Shown here piece after piece: positions 13,030-25,246 of a DNA stretch of 64,000 bases. A program made the position numbers and the translations under genes. Within the stretch, counting starts at the first letter, position 1. Each line of letters begins with the position of its first letter. The notes under the pieces were generated by a model. The model saw nothing but the letters and a program-made list of their open reading frames with translations, did not search any database and was not told the DNA's origin. Source of the stretch: Antechinus flavipes (lineage: Eukaryota); NCBI RefSeq assembly GCF_016432865.1, contig NC_067400.1, forward strand, positions 426,746,001 through 426,810,000, read 5' to 3'.

Positions 13030-13700
13030 ATCCTTGTAATGTGCCTAGACCTATTTCTCCATTTGACACTATTGATCATCTTTTCCTCCTGAATGTTTTC
13101 TCTTTCTGGGTTTTAATGACATCACTTCCTCCTAGTTTGCCTCCTACTTGTCATAAGTTCTTCTTTTCAGACTTCTTAGCTAGTTCATGATCTACAGCTT
13201 TCCTGCTAACTGTAGGTGTTCCCCAAAGATCTATACTAAGCATTCCTTTTCCCTTAGCTCTTGGTAACCTCATCAGGTCCCATGGGTATAACTGTCATTT
13301 CCATACAGCTGACTCTCAATTTTTTATATTGAGTCCATCTTTCCATTGATTTCAGTTCTCAACACCAATTATCAATTGAATCTTTCAAATGGGTGACCTG
13401 GAGACATCTTAAATATAATATGTACAAAATTGAATTCATTATCCTTGAGCTGAAATCCTCTTCTCTTCTAAACTACTCTATTTATGTAGAGGCAATATTG
13501 TCCTTCCAGTTTCACAGAGTTATAACCTTGGCATCATCCTTGAATTCTCACTGTTCCTCACCAAGTATATACAATTTATTTCCCAAATCTTGCTGTTTTT
13601 GCCTTCACATCTTTTGAATTCCGTTCTTTTTTTTTTTACACAGCTATCATATTAATGCAGCTCATCGCCACTCACCTAGATTATCACAGGGGCTTCTTAA
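13030..13700 (+). mobile_element. L2 ORF2 (RT) 3' fragment
   Basis: Decayed RT motifs: tttgacactattgatcat (FDTIDH), gtgttccccaa (VPQ), cccatgggtataactgtcatttccatacagctgactctcaa (HGFNYHLYADDSQ-like). Confidence 0.8.
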
Positions 13701-13715
13701 GTCATCTCCACATTT

Positions 13716-13719
<4 letters not shown>

Positions 13720-13755
<36 letters not shown>

Positions 13756-13795
13756 GATAGATAGATAGATTGATAGATAGATAGATAGATAGATA
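13720..13795. repeat. Compound microsatellite (CATA)n(CA)n(GATA)n
   Basis: Seen directly. Confidence 0.95.
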
Positions 13796-13799
13796 TGAA

Positions 13800-14165
13800 A
13801 AATCATTTCATATGTCTTCTATATGTCAGTTCTTTCTCTGGATGTAGATAGTATATTCCTTTATGTGTCCTTTGTAATTAATTTGGATATTTATAATAGT
13901 CAAAATGACAGTCACTCAAAATTGTTCTTAAAACAATGTTGTTACTATATACAACATTCTCTTGCTTCTGCTTATTTCACTCTTCATTATTTCATGCAAA
14001 TCTATCCATGTTTTTTAAAATCATTAAGCTCATCATTTCTTATACAGTAGTATTCCATCACAATTATATTCCACAATTTGTTCAGCCATTTCCCAATGAT
14101 AGCCATTCTTGCGATTTCTAGGTCTTTATCACCACGAAGAGAGCTGCTATAAATATTTTAGAGGA
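13800..14165 (-). mobile_element. Old L1 3' fragment
   Basis: aatttgttcagccatttccc...agagagctgctataaatatttt, the same L1 region as 15100-15200. Confidence 0.65.
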
Positions 14166-14804
14166 TTTAGATTAAATTCTTTGAGATAATATTTGTAAAT
14201 TGTTGAGCAGTATGTCTGATATATATTATGTGCTATATAAATACATATTTCCTCTTCTTTCTCCCAGTTCCACTTAACAACCAAAGTAGTTTTGACAGGA
14301 GTAGTTATTTCATAGCTATAGCAAGAATCAGCAAATACATCCCTTCCAAGGATATTATCCTCCCCACTTATATAATCTCAGTCTATGGGAAGAAGAGGGA
14401 AATTAGGTTCATACTTTAGTTTAGTTCCCATATAGAATAGTCTCACCAATTTCCAAGTCTAAACTGTTCCTTCAATTCAAGGCCTGGATAACCTGGCTTT
14501 TCAAGACTTTTCTACAGGATTAGAAGCAATATTCAGCCTAGAATCCTATCTGCTGGATCATCATGGCAAATTTTAATATAGGGTGTGTGTATGTGTGTGT
14601 AGGTCCAAATCTGGTAGTTTTAAAGATATAGCCACAGTTCTGGCTATGCAGTCAATGGAAAAAGACCATTCCTTCAAGGAACACAGAATATCATTTCTCA
14701 GAAGCAGGTCCCTGCCATATCCTGTGTTGCTGCCTCTATGTTAAGTAGTCTGGGTATATTCAAAGCAAATTCCTATTACACCAAAGTAAATGAACTAAAT
14801 TTAA

Positions 14805-16385
14805 ATTTTTTTTTCTTTTCTTTTTTTTTTTTTTTGACCATAGCATATGTTGATTTATATTCAATCTCCATAGTTCTTTTTCTGCATGCAGATAGCATTT
14901 TCTATCCAAGGTTCATTGGGATTGCCTTGGATCATCAAACTGCTGAGAAGAACCAAGTCTTTCATAGTCAATCATTACACATTCTTGCTGTTACTGTGTA
15001 TGATGTATTCCAGGTTCTGCTTGTTTCACTTAGCATCAGTTCATGTAAATCTTTCCAAATCTTTCTAAAATCTGCTTGTTCAACATTTTTTATAGAACAA
15101 TAATATTCCATTACCTTCATATATCACGACTTATTCAGCCATTCCCCAATTTATGGGCATCTACTTATTCTCCAAATCTTAGCAGCCACAAAAAGAGCTG
15201 CTACAAACATTTTTGCATATGTAAGTCTTTTTGCCTCTTTTATGATTTCCTTGAGATACAGACCCAGTAATGGCATTATTGAGTCAAAGCACATGCACAG
15301 TTTGATAGCCCTTTGGGCATAATTCCACATTGCTCTCCAGAATGTTTAGATCATTTCACAACTCCACCAACAATGTATTAGTGTTTTCCCACATCCCTTA
15401 CAACATTTATCATTATCCTTTCCTGTCATCGTGCAATCTGAGAGGTATGAGGTGGTACCTCAGAGTTGTTTGAATTTGCAATTTCCTAATCAATAGTGAT
15501 TTAGAGCATTTTTTCATAAGATTATGGATGACTTTAATTTCTTCATCTGAAAATTATCTGATCTTTTGACCATTTATCGATTGGAAAATGACCTTTATTC
15601 TTATAAATTTGAAATAGTTCTTTATATATTTAGAAATGAGACCTTTATCAGAAACACTGACTGTAAAGAATTTTCCCCAATTTTGTACTTCCTTTTTAAT
15701 CTTGTGTCTGTTGGTTTTGTTTATACAAAATTTTCTTAATTTAATATAATTAAAATTGTCCATTTTGCATTTTATAATGTTCTCTAGTTCTTCTTTAGTC
15801 ATAAATTCCTCCCTTCTCCAAAGATTTGAGAGGTAAACTATCCCTTGTTCTCCTAATTTGCTTATGGTATCACTCTTTATGACCAAATCCTATACCCATT
15901 TTGATCTTATTTTGGTATGAGGTATGAATGTAGGTCTAACTGAGTGTCTGACATAATTTCCAGTTTTCCTATCATTTTTGTGAAATAATGGTTTCTTGTC
16001 CCAGAAGCTGGAGTTGGGGGATTTATCAAATACCAGATTACTATAGTCGTTGATATTTATGTTGTGTGTGCCTAACCTATTCCACTGATCCACTATTGTT
16101 TCTTAGCAAGTAACAAATGGTTTTGATGACTGCTGTTTTATAATATAGTTTTAGGGCTGGTACTGCTAGACTACCATGCTTTGTATTTTTTTCATTAACT
16201 CCCTTGATATTCTTGACCTTTTTGTTCTTCCAGATAAATTTGTTATTATTTTTCCTTGCTCTGTAACATAATATTTTGGCAGTTTATTGGTATGGCATTG
16301 AACAAGAAGACCAATTTAGGTAGAATTGTAATTTTTATTATATTAGTTCACCCCACTCATAAACAATTGATATTTTTCCATCAAG
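14805..16385 (-). mobile_element. L1 3' portion (ORF2 C-terminus + 3'UTR + poly-T)
   Basis: Poly-T at 14805-14836. ORFs 15554..15886 and 15890..16093 show L1 ORF2 motifs (MDQWNRLG, SDKGLISK, KIRSKWV). Confidence 0.9.
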
Positions 16386-16509
16386 TACCTGAGTGACTCT
16401 TAGTAGATACATTATCAAATTTTGTATAACTCCTCTAATTACTTAAATTGAAATTTCTGTATCTAGATTTTGCTGCTGAATTTTGTTGATTATATACAGA
16501 ATGCTAATA

Positions 16510-17930
16510 ATTCTTAGCCAGGACCAAATGGTTTTGATGATTGCTGCTATATAATACAATTTTAAGTATAGCCTATTTAGTCCACCTTCCTTTCTATTTT
16601 TTTTCATTAATTATCTTGAAATTCTTAACCTTTTATTTCTTCCAGATGAATTTTATTATTTTTTCTACCTCTATAAAGTAATTTCTTGGCAGTTTGATTG
16701 GTATGGCATTGCATAAGTAGGTTAATTTAGGAGGAATTGTAATTTTTATTATATTAGTTTGGCCTACCTATGAGCTCTTGAGATTCTTCTAGTTATTTAG
16801 ATATGACTTTATTTGTGTGAAAAGTGTTTTGTAACTGTGTTATTATAATTCTTGGCTTTGTCTTAGCAGGTAGACTCCAAAATATTTTATATTATCTACA
16901 TTTATTTTAAATAGGATTTCTCTTACTAATTCTTGCTGCTGAGCTTTGTTGATAATATATAGAAATGCTAATGATTTATGTGGGATTATTTTATATCCTG
17001 CAACTTTGCTGAAGTTAATTGTTTCTAGTACTGCTTTAGTTGATTCTTTAGGATTCTCATATAATTTTGTTTCCTCTTTATCCTAATTCCTCAATTACTT
17101 TTTCTTCTTTTATTGCTAAAACTAAAATTTCTAGTACAATATTGAATAGTAGTAGATATAGTGAGCTTCCTTATTTCATTCTTGCTCTTAACTGGGAATG
17201 CCTCTACTTTATATCCATTATATATAATATTTGCTGATGATTTTAGATAGATACTATTTATCATTTTAAGGAAAATTCCATTTATTCACATGTTCTCTAG
17301 TGTATTTAATAGGAATAGATGTTATATTTTGTCAAACACTTTTCTTGCATCAGTTGAGATAATCATATGATTTCTGTTAGTTTGGTTATTGATATGGTAA
17401 ACTATGCCAATGGTTTTCCTGACATGGAACCAGCCCTGCATTCCTGATATAAATCTTACTTGGTCATTGTGTATTATTTTGTAGATGAGTTGCTGTAATC
17501 ACTTTACTAATATTTTATTTAAGATTTTTGTATCAATATTTATTAGAGAAATTGGTCTATAATTTTCTTTCTCTATTTTGGCACTTCCTGGTTTAGGTAT
17601 CAGCATCATATCTGTGTCAAAAAAGGAATTTGGTAAAACTCCTTCTTTCCCTATTTTTTTCAAATAGTTTATATAATATTGGAATTAATTGTTCATTAAA
17701 TGTTTGGTAGAATTCACTTGTAAATACATCTGGCCTGGAGTATTTTTTCTTAGGGAGTTCATTAATGGCTTGTTCAATTTCTTTTTCTAAATGGGACTAT
17801 TTAAGTAATTTACTTCCTCATCTGTTAATCTGGACAATCTATATTTTATGTGCATTTATCCATTTTACTTAGATTATCAGATTTATTGGCATACAATTGG
17901 GCAAAATAGCTCCTAATTATAATAAATAGT
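16510..17930 (-). mobile_element. Second, older L1 ORF2 fragment
   Basis: Repeats the ORF2 segment seen at 16110-16380 with more divergence, then continues into RT-region sequence. Confidence 0.85.
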
Positions 17931-17971
17931 ATTTTAGAGAAGAATGTTTATCTGTTAAAATATATATTCTA

Positions 17972-18107
17972 TAGGGCAGCCGAGTAGTGTAGTAGATACA
18001 GCATCAGCCCTAAAGCCAGGAGGATGTGAGTTGAAATCTGGTTTCAGACACTTAACACTTCCTAGTTGTGTAACCCTGGACAAGTCACTTAACCCCAATT
18101 GCCTCAG
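17972..18107 (+). mobile_element. WSINE1-type SINE followed by (TA)n
   Basis: gggcagccgagtagtgtagtagatacagcatcagccctaaagccaggagg...ttaaccccaattgcctcag; (TA)n at ~18117-18165. Confidence 0.85.
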
Positions 18108-18111
18108 GTAA

Positions 18112-18167
<56 letters not shown>

Positions 18168-18499
18168 TACAGTCATTATTTCAATTTTTTGTTTGAGATA
18201 TTTGGATTGTCAATATGAACTATCATATTATCTGCAAATTATGATTTTATCATTTTTTATATTAAGGCCCTTAATATCTTTAAACATTTTGTAACAATTG
18301 CTATTATTTCTGATATTTTGTCAAATAGAAATAGTTACTAACACTGTTCAGTACATTTTCTGTTAGTGAGAATGCTACTAATATGTCTTCATTTCAGATT
18401 ATATTAGTTCTTAGTCTAAAGTAGAAACTTGTTGTGGTGAAATTCTATTCTTATTTGAACATTTTTGTGGTTTGTAGTTGTTTTTTTCACATGTGAATA

Positions 18500-19915
18500 T
18501 TTAATGTAAAGACTTTTATGAATAGATGCTGAGTGAAATAGAACTAGAAGAATAGACACCATGGTCTGTATCCTAAAGAGATCATAAAAGAGGGAAAAGT
18601 ATCCATATATGCAAAAGTATTGGAGAGGTATTTTTGTGATGACAACAAAATGAAAAAGGAGTAAATATACACCAATTAGGGAATTGCTGAATAAATTATG
18701 ATATATGAATGTAATAGAATTATTGTTCTATATTAAATGATGAGTGGGCTGTTTTCAGAAAAGCCTGGAAAGACTTGCATAAACTTATGCTGAATGAAGT
18801 AAGTAGAATCAAGAGAACACTGTATACAGTAATAGCAAGGCTATGTGATGATTTGTTGGACTTCAAAACCCTCAGGAATCATTGGATTCTCTGAGACATG
18901 ATAAGATTGTTGTAGGACTTGAAAACTCTCAGGAATCATTGGATTTTCTGAGAAATGATAAGACTGTTGCAGGACTTCAGAAACTTGCAGGGACCATTGG
19001 ATTCTCTGATACATGAAGCAATGGACAATAGATTGGTTTTGGACTATCCCTTGGCTGCTGAAGAAGGCGTATGTATGACTGTTGTTTACATACCCTCCTT
19101 CTAGGATTTCTGGAAATCTTTTATAACACCATGTTAATTCATTCTTTGTTATATCACTACTTGCATGTACAATTCATGTTTGTTACATCACATTGAGCCT
19201 GCACTGACTATGGGGAGAGTCATCACTAATAGCCTGTGCATTATTGGTATGTGCTTATGTAATACCTCCCATGCTGATGGGTTTGTGCATACCTGTTTCT
19301 AATAAGACCCTTCAGCCCAGAAACCCACTAGCAACCCCCACTTCCCTTTGGTGCTTTTCATCTCCTTTCCTGAGATGTCAGGGAGAGCGTGATCATCTCC
19401 TTTTTAGTGCTTTCACCTTCCTTCCTGAGAAGTCGGGGGGGGGGGGGGGGGGGGAGGGGTCGTGATCACCTCCTCTTGGGGGTTCTCACCTTTCTGAGAG
19501 GTTAGGGATGGTGTGACCACTTGTGTTCTAAAACAAAAGAAAGCAGGAGATGTAATGGGCTGAAACTGAGTTAATGCACTGAGGGCCAAGCACTTAAGGC
19601 TAATTACCAATTGGACAATACTCTTAGCATATGCTTGAAGAAAGAATGGCCCTGCCCACTACTCTGTTTGGCGTATAGAGAGATTGAGGAGGATTGTGAA
19701 GTGAGAAAACCAGTCACTCCTGGCAGATTCATGTCACAATTGCTCTCACTTCGTACCATCATTCCATTCGTATCATGCCAATGTGGTCTTCACAATGATT
19801 AACTATGATAGACTGGGATCTTTTCAGTAATATAGTGCTCCAAGGCAATTCCAATTGACTTGGGATGGACAGCGCCCTCTTCATCCAGAAAGAGAACCAT
19901 GGAGCCTGAATAAAA
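18500..19915 (+). mobile_element. Old L1 3' end, interrupted by the ERV cassette at 18854-19794
   Basis: L1 sequence ...gcaaggctatgtgatgatt resumes as aactatgatagactggg... after the insert. Confidence 0.85.
18854..19794 (+). mobile_element. ERV 3' fragment: env TM remnant + 3'UTR + PPT + internally deleted LTR (19551-19794)
   Basis: 18970-19104 reads QDFRNLQGPLDSLIHEAMDNRLVLDYPLAAEEGVCMTVVYIPSF*, a gamma-type env heptad/ISD motif. Polypurine tract aaaagaaagcaggaga precedes TGTAATGGG at 19551. Ends are TG...CA with TSD ATGATT at 18848-18853 and 19795-19800. Confidence 0.85.
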
Positions 19916-21559
19916 ATAAAAAAGACCAAGGTTAACTTAATTATATTGTTATTACATCAAAATATTTAAATATATATTAAAGAGATATTAACTGAAGATT
20001 GAAGCAAAGTATTTTCACTATTTTTTGTTTGCTTTTTCTTATAGTTTTTACCTTTTGTTCTGATTTTCTTTTGCAAAATGACTAATATGGAAATATTTTT
20101 TAAGTGTTTGTACATGTATGATCTGTATCAGATTGCTTGCTCTCTTGTTTAGAGGAGAAGTAATGGAGGGAGAGAGAAAAAATTTGCAACTCAAACTCTT
20201 ACAAAAATGAATATTGAAAACTATGTGTACTTGGAAAAATAAAATATTACTGAATTTAAAAAAATAGATACCTGTAACTAAAATCATATAAATAATATGA
20301 AAAGCATGTTTATTCTGAATAATTTTAATGACTAGTCTTGGTCCCAAAGAATGAAATACATATCCTTTCCTCTAAGTAGACAAATATGTGTGGGTTAAAT
20401 TGGAAGAATAAGGAGAATGAAGTGTGGGTACAAAATATTACCTACAATATCATACAACTACATCAATTTGGTACTGGTTTAACTCAACCATTTTTCTTTG
20501 TTACAAAGGAAGATTCAAAATGAGAGGTTAAGAGTTATTTTCAGAAATGACAGGCTACATAAAAACAAATTACATCAAAATGACATTTTTTTAAAACTTA
20601 TGTTGAATTTTTATCAAAGACTTTTTCGGCATCTATTGACATAATTATTTAATTTTTTTGTTTGTTTGTTTGAGTGATAGCCATGGTGTGGTAGAGAGAG
20701 AGAGAGATCTCAGATACAAGAAGACTAAGGTTCGAATATAACCTGTGTTACAGATTGTGTGACCTTGAGCAAGTCACTTAACCTCTCAATATTCTTGATA
20801 ATATTCTAAAACCATAAGCCCAAGAAAACATGCTGAAATGAATTAATAGGAAGTGATTCCTCATTGAAGAGTTCCCTTTTCCAATGAAATCACAAGTCTT
20901 GTTCCATGTGAATCACATTATATTGATAGTTTTTCTAATGCTGAATTATTCTGGTATACTTAGCAGAAATCTCAATGACAATGAATACTTTTTAAAGGGC
21001 AATACTGTATTTTCTTAGTATTTTATTTAATAATTTTGTATCCATGTTCCTTATTGAAAATGGAATGTAATTTTCTTATTTAGCCCGATCTTTGCTAATT
21101 TCTTTTTTAAAATTAATACTATAAAAAAGTTAAAATATGGGCAAACATTATTGAATTGAATTTCTCTATACTTATTAATTATTTGTGCAATACAAAAATT
21201 TTAGAAAAGTAAGGGACCTTAGACATCACCTATTCAAATCTGTAACACAATTCCCCACTAGCCTTTAGGAATTAATTATTATAGGAAGGTTTTAAGTCCA
21301 TCTTGTCCATGTTTATTTGACATTATTTATATGACAGGATAATTCATTGATGACTTATCCAATTCTGAGAATGGTCCATTTGTTCATTTATGTTCATTTG
21401 TGCCTATTTTTAACTAATAATTTGTAATTTTGTAATTTATATCTTTTCCATTTTTATTATGTGCTAGTATATAATTCTACTGATCTTTTAAAATCCCCTG
21501 GTTTGTTTTGTTTGTTTGTTTGTTTGTTTGAGTTTTGTTTTATCAGTTCAGCTATTCTT

Positions 21560-21965
21560 TCCAGTAGTGATTCATATGTGAGAGTTGAACTATTAAAAAA
21601 AAGCTGAGTGCTGCAGAATTGAAGCTTTAAAATTGTGGTGCTGAAGAAGACTTTTGAGAATCCCTTGGACAGAAAAGAAATAAAATCAGTCAATATTTAA
21701 AGAAATTTATTCATTCTATTCAATGGAAAGTCAAATACTAAAGCTGAAGCTTAAATATTTTGGTCATATAATGAGAAAATAAGACTCTGGAAAAGATCTT
21801 GATGTTGGGAAATACCAAAGACAAATGGAGAAGGGAAAGTTGGAGGATGAGATGGATAGATAGTATCATGAAAACGATAAACATGAATTTGGACAGACTT
21901 TTGGGAAATAGTGGAAAATAGAAGAGCCTGGCTGCTATGTTCCATGGGGCAACTAAATGACAGAG
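21560..21965 (+). mobile_element. BovB-like RTE 3' end
   Basis: tgtggtgctgaagaagacttttgagaatcccttggac...aagctgaagcttaaatattttggtcat...tctggaaaagatcttgatgttggg, the BovB C-terminal/ART2A-like region. Confidence 0.8.
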
Positions 21966-24900
21966 TAACTCTTTCATTATATTATATTTACTTCTGTTAT
22001 TAATCTTATAATCTTTGTTTTCACTTTCCTTTGGAATATATCTGTTCTTCTAGTACTTTTAGGTAGATGCTCAATTCACTTTTTAAAGCCTTTTTCTTTA
22101 AACTTAACAAAGAGAGAAAGTCCACACAGTTCTACTTATATACCTCATAGAGACATGGAGTATACCCTGTGTTTTTCAAGAATATGGCAGCAAAATCTAA
22201 ACACTTTCAATTTGTTCTACCACTTCAGAAAAGCTTCCAGAGAGATTCCTGAAAAGATTTTCTCTAAGTACTTTTTAAGGACCAGCCTGGAAAGGAAATG
22301 AGCATTTATAAAGCAATTATTTTGTGTTAGGTATTTTGAAAAATATTATTTCATTCAATCCTCTCATGTTGAAGTAGGAGTTATTATCCCATTTTGCAGT
22401 GAGAAAACTGAGATAAAGTGACTTGATTGGCATACAATTAGTATGCATTTGAGTCTGAATTTGAATTGAGAATGAGGACTTCCGGCCCTATTCACTGTGC
22501 TATCTAGTTGTCTTGCAGCTTAGAAATAAAGTCATTGATTATCTCAAGCAATCAGACAAAGTAAATGAAAAATGATTCTCCTGTATAGCTCCTTTAACTT
22601 CTTTAGTAAAGGTATCAGTGGTGGAAAAAGAGAGAGAGAATCTAAGATTCAGACAATTTTTAGACCATCTAGGCATTATCTATTATAATATTAGCTATTG
22701 GCATTATCAATGTGAGGTTCTATTTCAGTGATCAATTAGTAAAATATTATTGAAGAAAATGAAGAAAATGTTATTAATCTTGGCATTCTCTCTGTAAGTA
22801 AACCCAAAAGACAAATAGTGGTTGCAAATAAATGGTAAGGTGACTGACAGATTCTGTTTTAGAGGCAAATAAAGGAGTTAGCACAGCTGGTTTTATTGTG
22901 CACCTACAGGCCACAAGAAAAACCATTCCATGGGATATTTGATTCTTTTTTGTTGTTGTGCTCATTATAAGCATTTCCACAACTACCAAGAAAATAAGCA
23001 TAGTTTATATATCAATATAAATTGATAACTGATATCTTCAGTGTAAAGATGCATGTGAGAGAGTTGGGACAAAAAAAAAACTAAGGAAAACATTTTTTTT
23101 TATTTCTTTTTTTAAATAATATTTTTCTCCCTTAAGATTTTGAGTTTCAAATTTTTCTCTGTTCCTCCCTTCCTTTACCTCCCTTCTTCTAAAGATGGTA
23201 AGCAGTGTGATATAGTTTATACATGAGCTATCATGTAAAACATATTACCAAATTAATCACAATTATAAAAGAAGAAATGGTTTAGGAGAGAAAAAACCCA
23301 CAAGTAAGTGGAAAAAAAAATTTCAATCTTAATTCGAAATCTATCAGTTCTTTACCTAGTTATGGATGGCATTTTTCTTCTTGAGTCCATTGTACTTGTT
23401 AAATCACTATGTGGCTGAAAAGCACTGGGTCAGTTGTTGATCATCATACAATGTTGCTAATACTGTGAACAATGTTTTTCTTGTTCTGCTCAGTTCACTT
23501 CACATCAGTTTGTACAAGTTAGAAAACATTTTAGGAGTGCAAAAATACGAGATATCAAAGGTTTATAGATTATACAGATGTATCATACCTATTTATAATA
23601 AATACTTTTTTTAGACAAATCTTTAAATCACCTTATGCAGCAAATATTTGACCTCCTTGTCAAACTCTTCTCCATGGATTACAATAAAGCCAATATATCT
23701 GAGCTCTAATATGACATTCCCAAATGTGCTGCTTGAGGACATAGAAATGACCTTGAACAAAAACAGAGATTAAAAGAGTTATAAGATCACTTTGAGGATC
23801 ATGTAAAGTAGCATGTGATCATTCTATTAATTGCTTCAATTGTTTTCAGAGAAACATTTGTAATTGGTTAATTTAGTAATTGAAATAGTGTCTAATATGT
23901 CAACAATAGGTCAACAAAAATAATTATAAGAAATAAACAATCAATTCAGGTCTGCTATTGCAAACACTCTCAAAAATTCCAAGTCACAAAAAATTTGTAT
24001 TAAAAACAAATTGAAAATCACTTAGACAAAACCCTTAATTTTATAGAAGAATAAATTGAAGTTCTGGGAGTTAATTGGCTTATCCAAGATTGGTAAATCA
24101 TGCTGCTTAGCAAATGTTTGTATATTTAATTTTGATTTGTTTTCTATGTCCATCAGAATATACTATAAACTAAAGAAGTCCACAGAGGAAAAATATGCAT
24201 TAAGAAAATATAAAAAGAGAGGGTTATAAATTGAATATGTGGCTGAAAAAAATAGAAAATCAACAACTTAGCATATGAGCAAAATAAAATATATTTTAAA
24301 AATAGTAAATCTTAAAAATTGGAAGAAAAATAAATTGGAAACTGAAAAAATTACAATTAATAAACAAAAGTAAAAGCTGGTTCTTTGAAAAAAACTAATA
24401 AAATTGATAAGCCATTAACCATTTAAAGTAGGAGGAAAGTATGTTAAAAGATATTAATAGAGAACACTCCTCAATATGTCAAAAAAAAAAAAGTTAAATC
24501 TCTTCAAAATTCTCAGCAACAGAAGGAATTAGATAAGAAATAACATAGTAGAGAATTTGGCCAATTAAATAACAGAAAGTACTAAATCTAATAAAAGATT
24601 AATAGTCATAGTAGACCTAAACTGATTGTTTATTTTTATAATTATTTTTGTTGACCTATTTTGACATAATAGACACTATTCTATGGCTATCAAATCAACC
24701 AACCACAAAGTACATTCCCTGAAAACAATTAAAGCAATTACTAGAATGATCATATGCTACTTTACACGATCCTCAAAATGATTTTATAACTCTTTTCATC
24801 TTTGTTTTTGGTCAAAGCCATTTCTGCTTCCTCAAGCAGCACATTTGGGTATGTCAAATTAGAATTCAGATATGTTGGTTCCATTGTAATCCCTGGAGAA

Positions 24901-25028
24901 AAGAGTTTGGCAAGGAGATCAAATATTTGCTGGATAAGGTGATTTATAGGTTTGTCTAGAAAGAAGTACTTATTACAAATAAGTATGATACTTCTGCATA
25001 TGAGAGTTGGGCCAAAAAAAACTATGGA

Positions 25029-25097
25029 AGGGGCAGTTAGGTGGCGCAGTAGATAGAGCACCAGCCCTGAAGTCAGGAGGACCTGAGTTCAAATCTG
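25029..25097 (+). mobile_element. Young WSINE1-type SINE head, cut by the assembly gap
   Basis: ggggcagttaggtggcgcagtagatagagcaccagccctgaagtcaggaggacctgagttcaaatctg, near consensus with a CpG retained. Confidence 0.9.
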
Positions 25098-25246
25098 NNN
25101 NNNNNNNNNNNNNNNNNNNNNNNNNNNNNNNNNNNNNNNNNNNNNNNNNNNNNNNNNNNNNNNNNNNNNNNNNNNNNNNNNNNNNNNNNNNNNNNNNNNN
25201 NNNNNNNNNNNNNNNNNNNNNNNNNNNNNNNNNNNNNNNNNNNNNN
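25098..25246. other. Assembly gap (149 N)
   Basis: Run of N. Confidence 1.

Noticed and set aside
16110-16800. Apparent ~270-bp tandem duplication (16110-16380 vs 16520-16790)
   Set aside because: Better explained as the same ORF2 region in two adjacent L1 copies of different age.
18854-19020. CRISPR-like array from the 57-bp periodicity
   Set aside because: Whole-unit tandem duplication without unique spacers, in a mammalian ERV context.
18854-19104. Domesticated syncytin-like env gene
   Set aside because: Only a short TM remnant with a frameshift and an early stop; no SU, fusion peptide, complete CX6CC or TM anchor.
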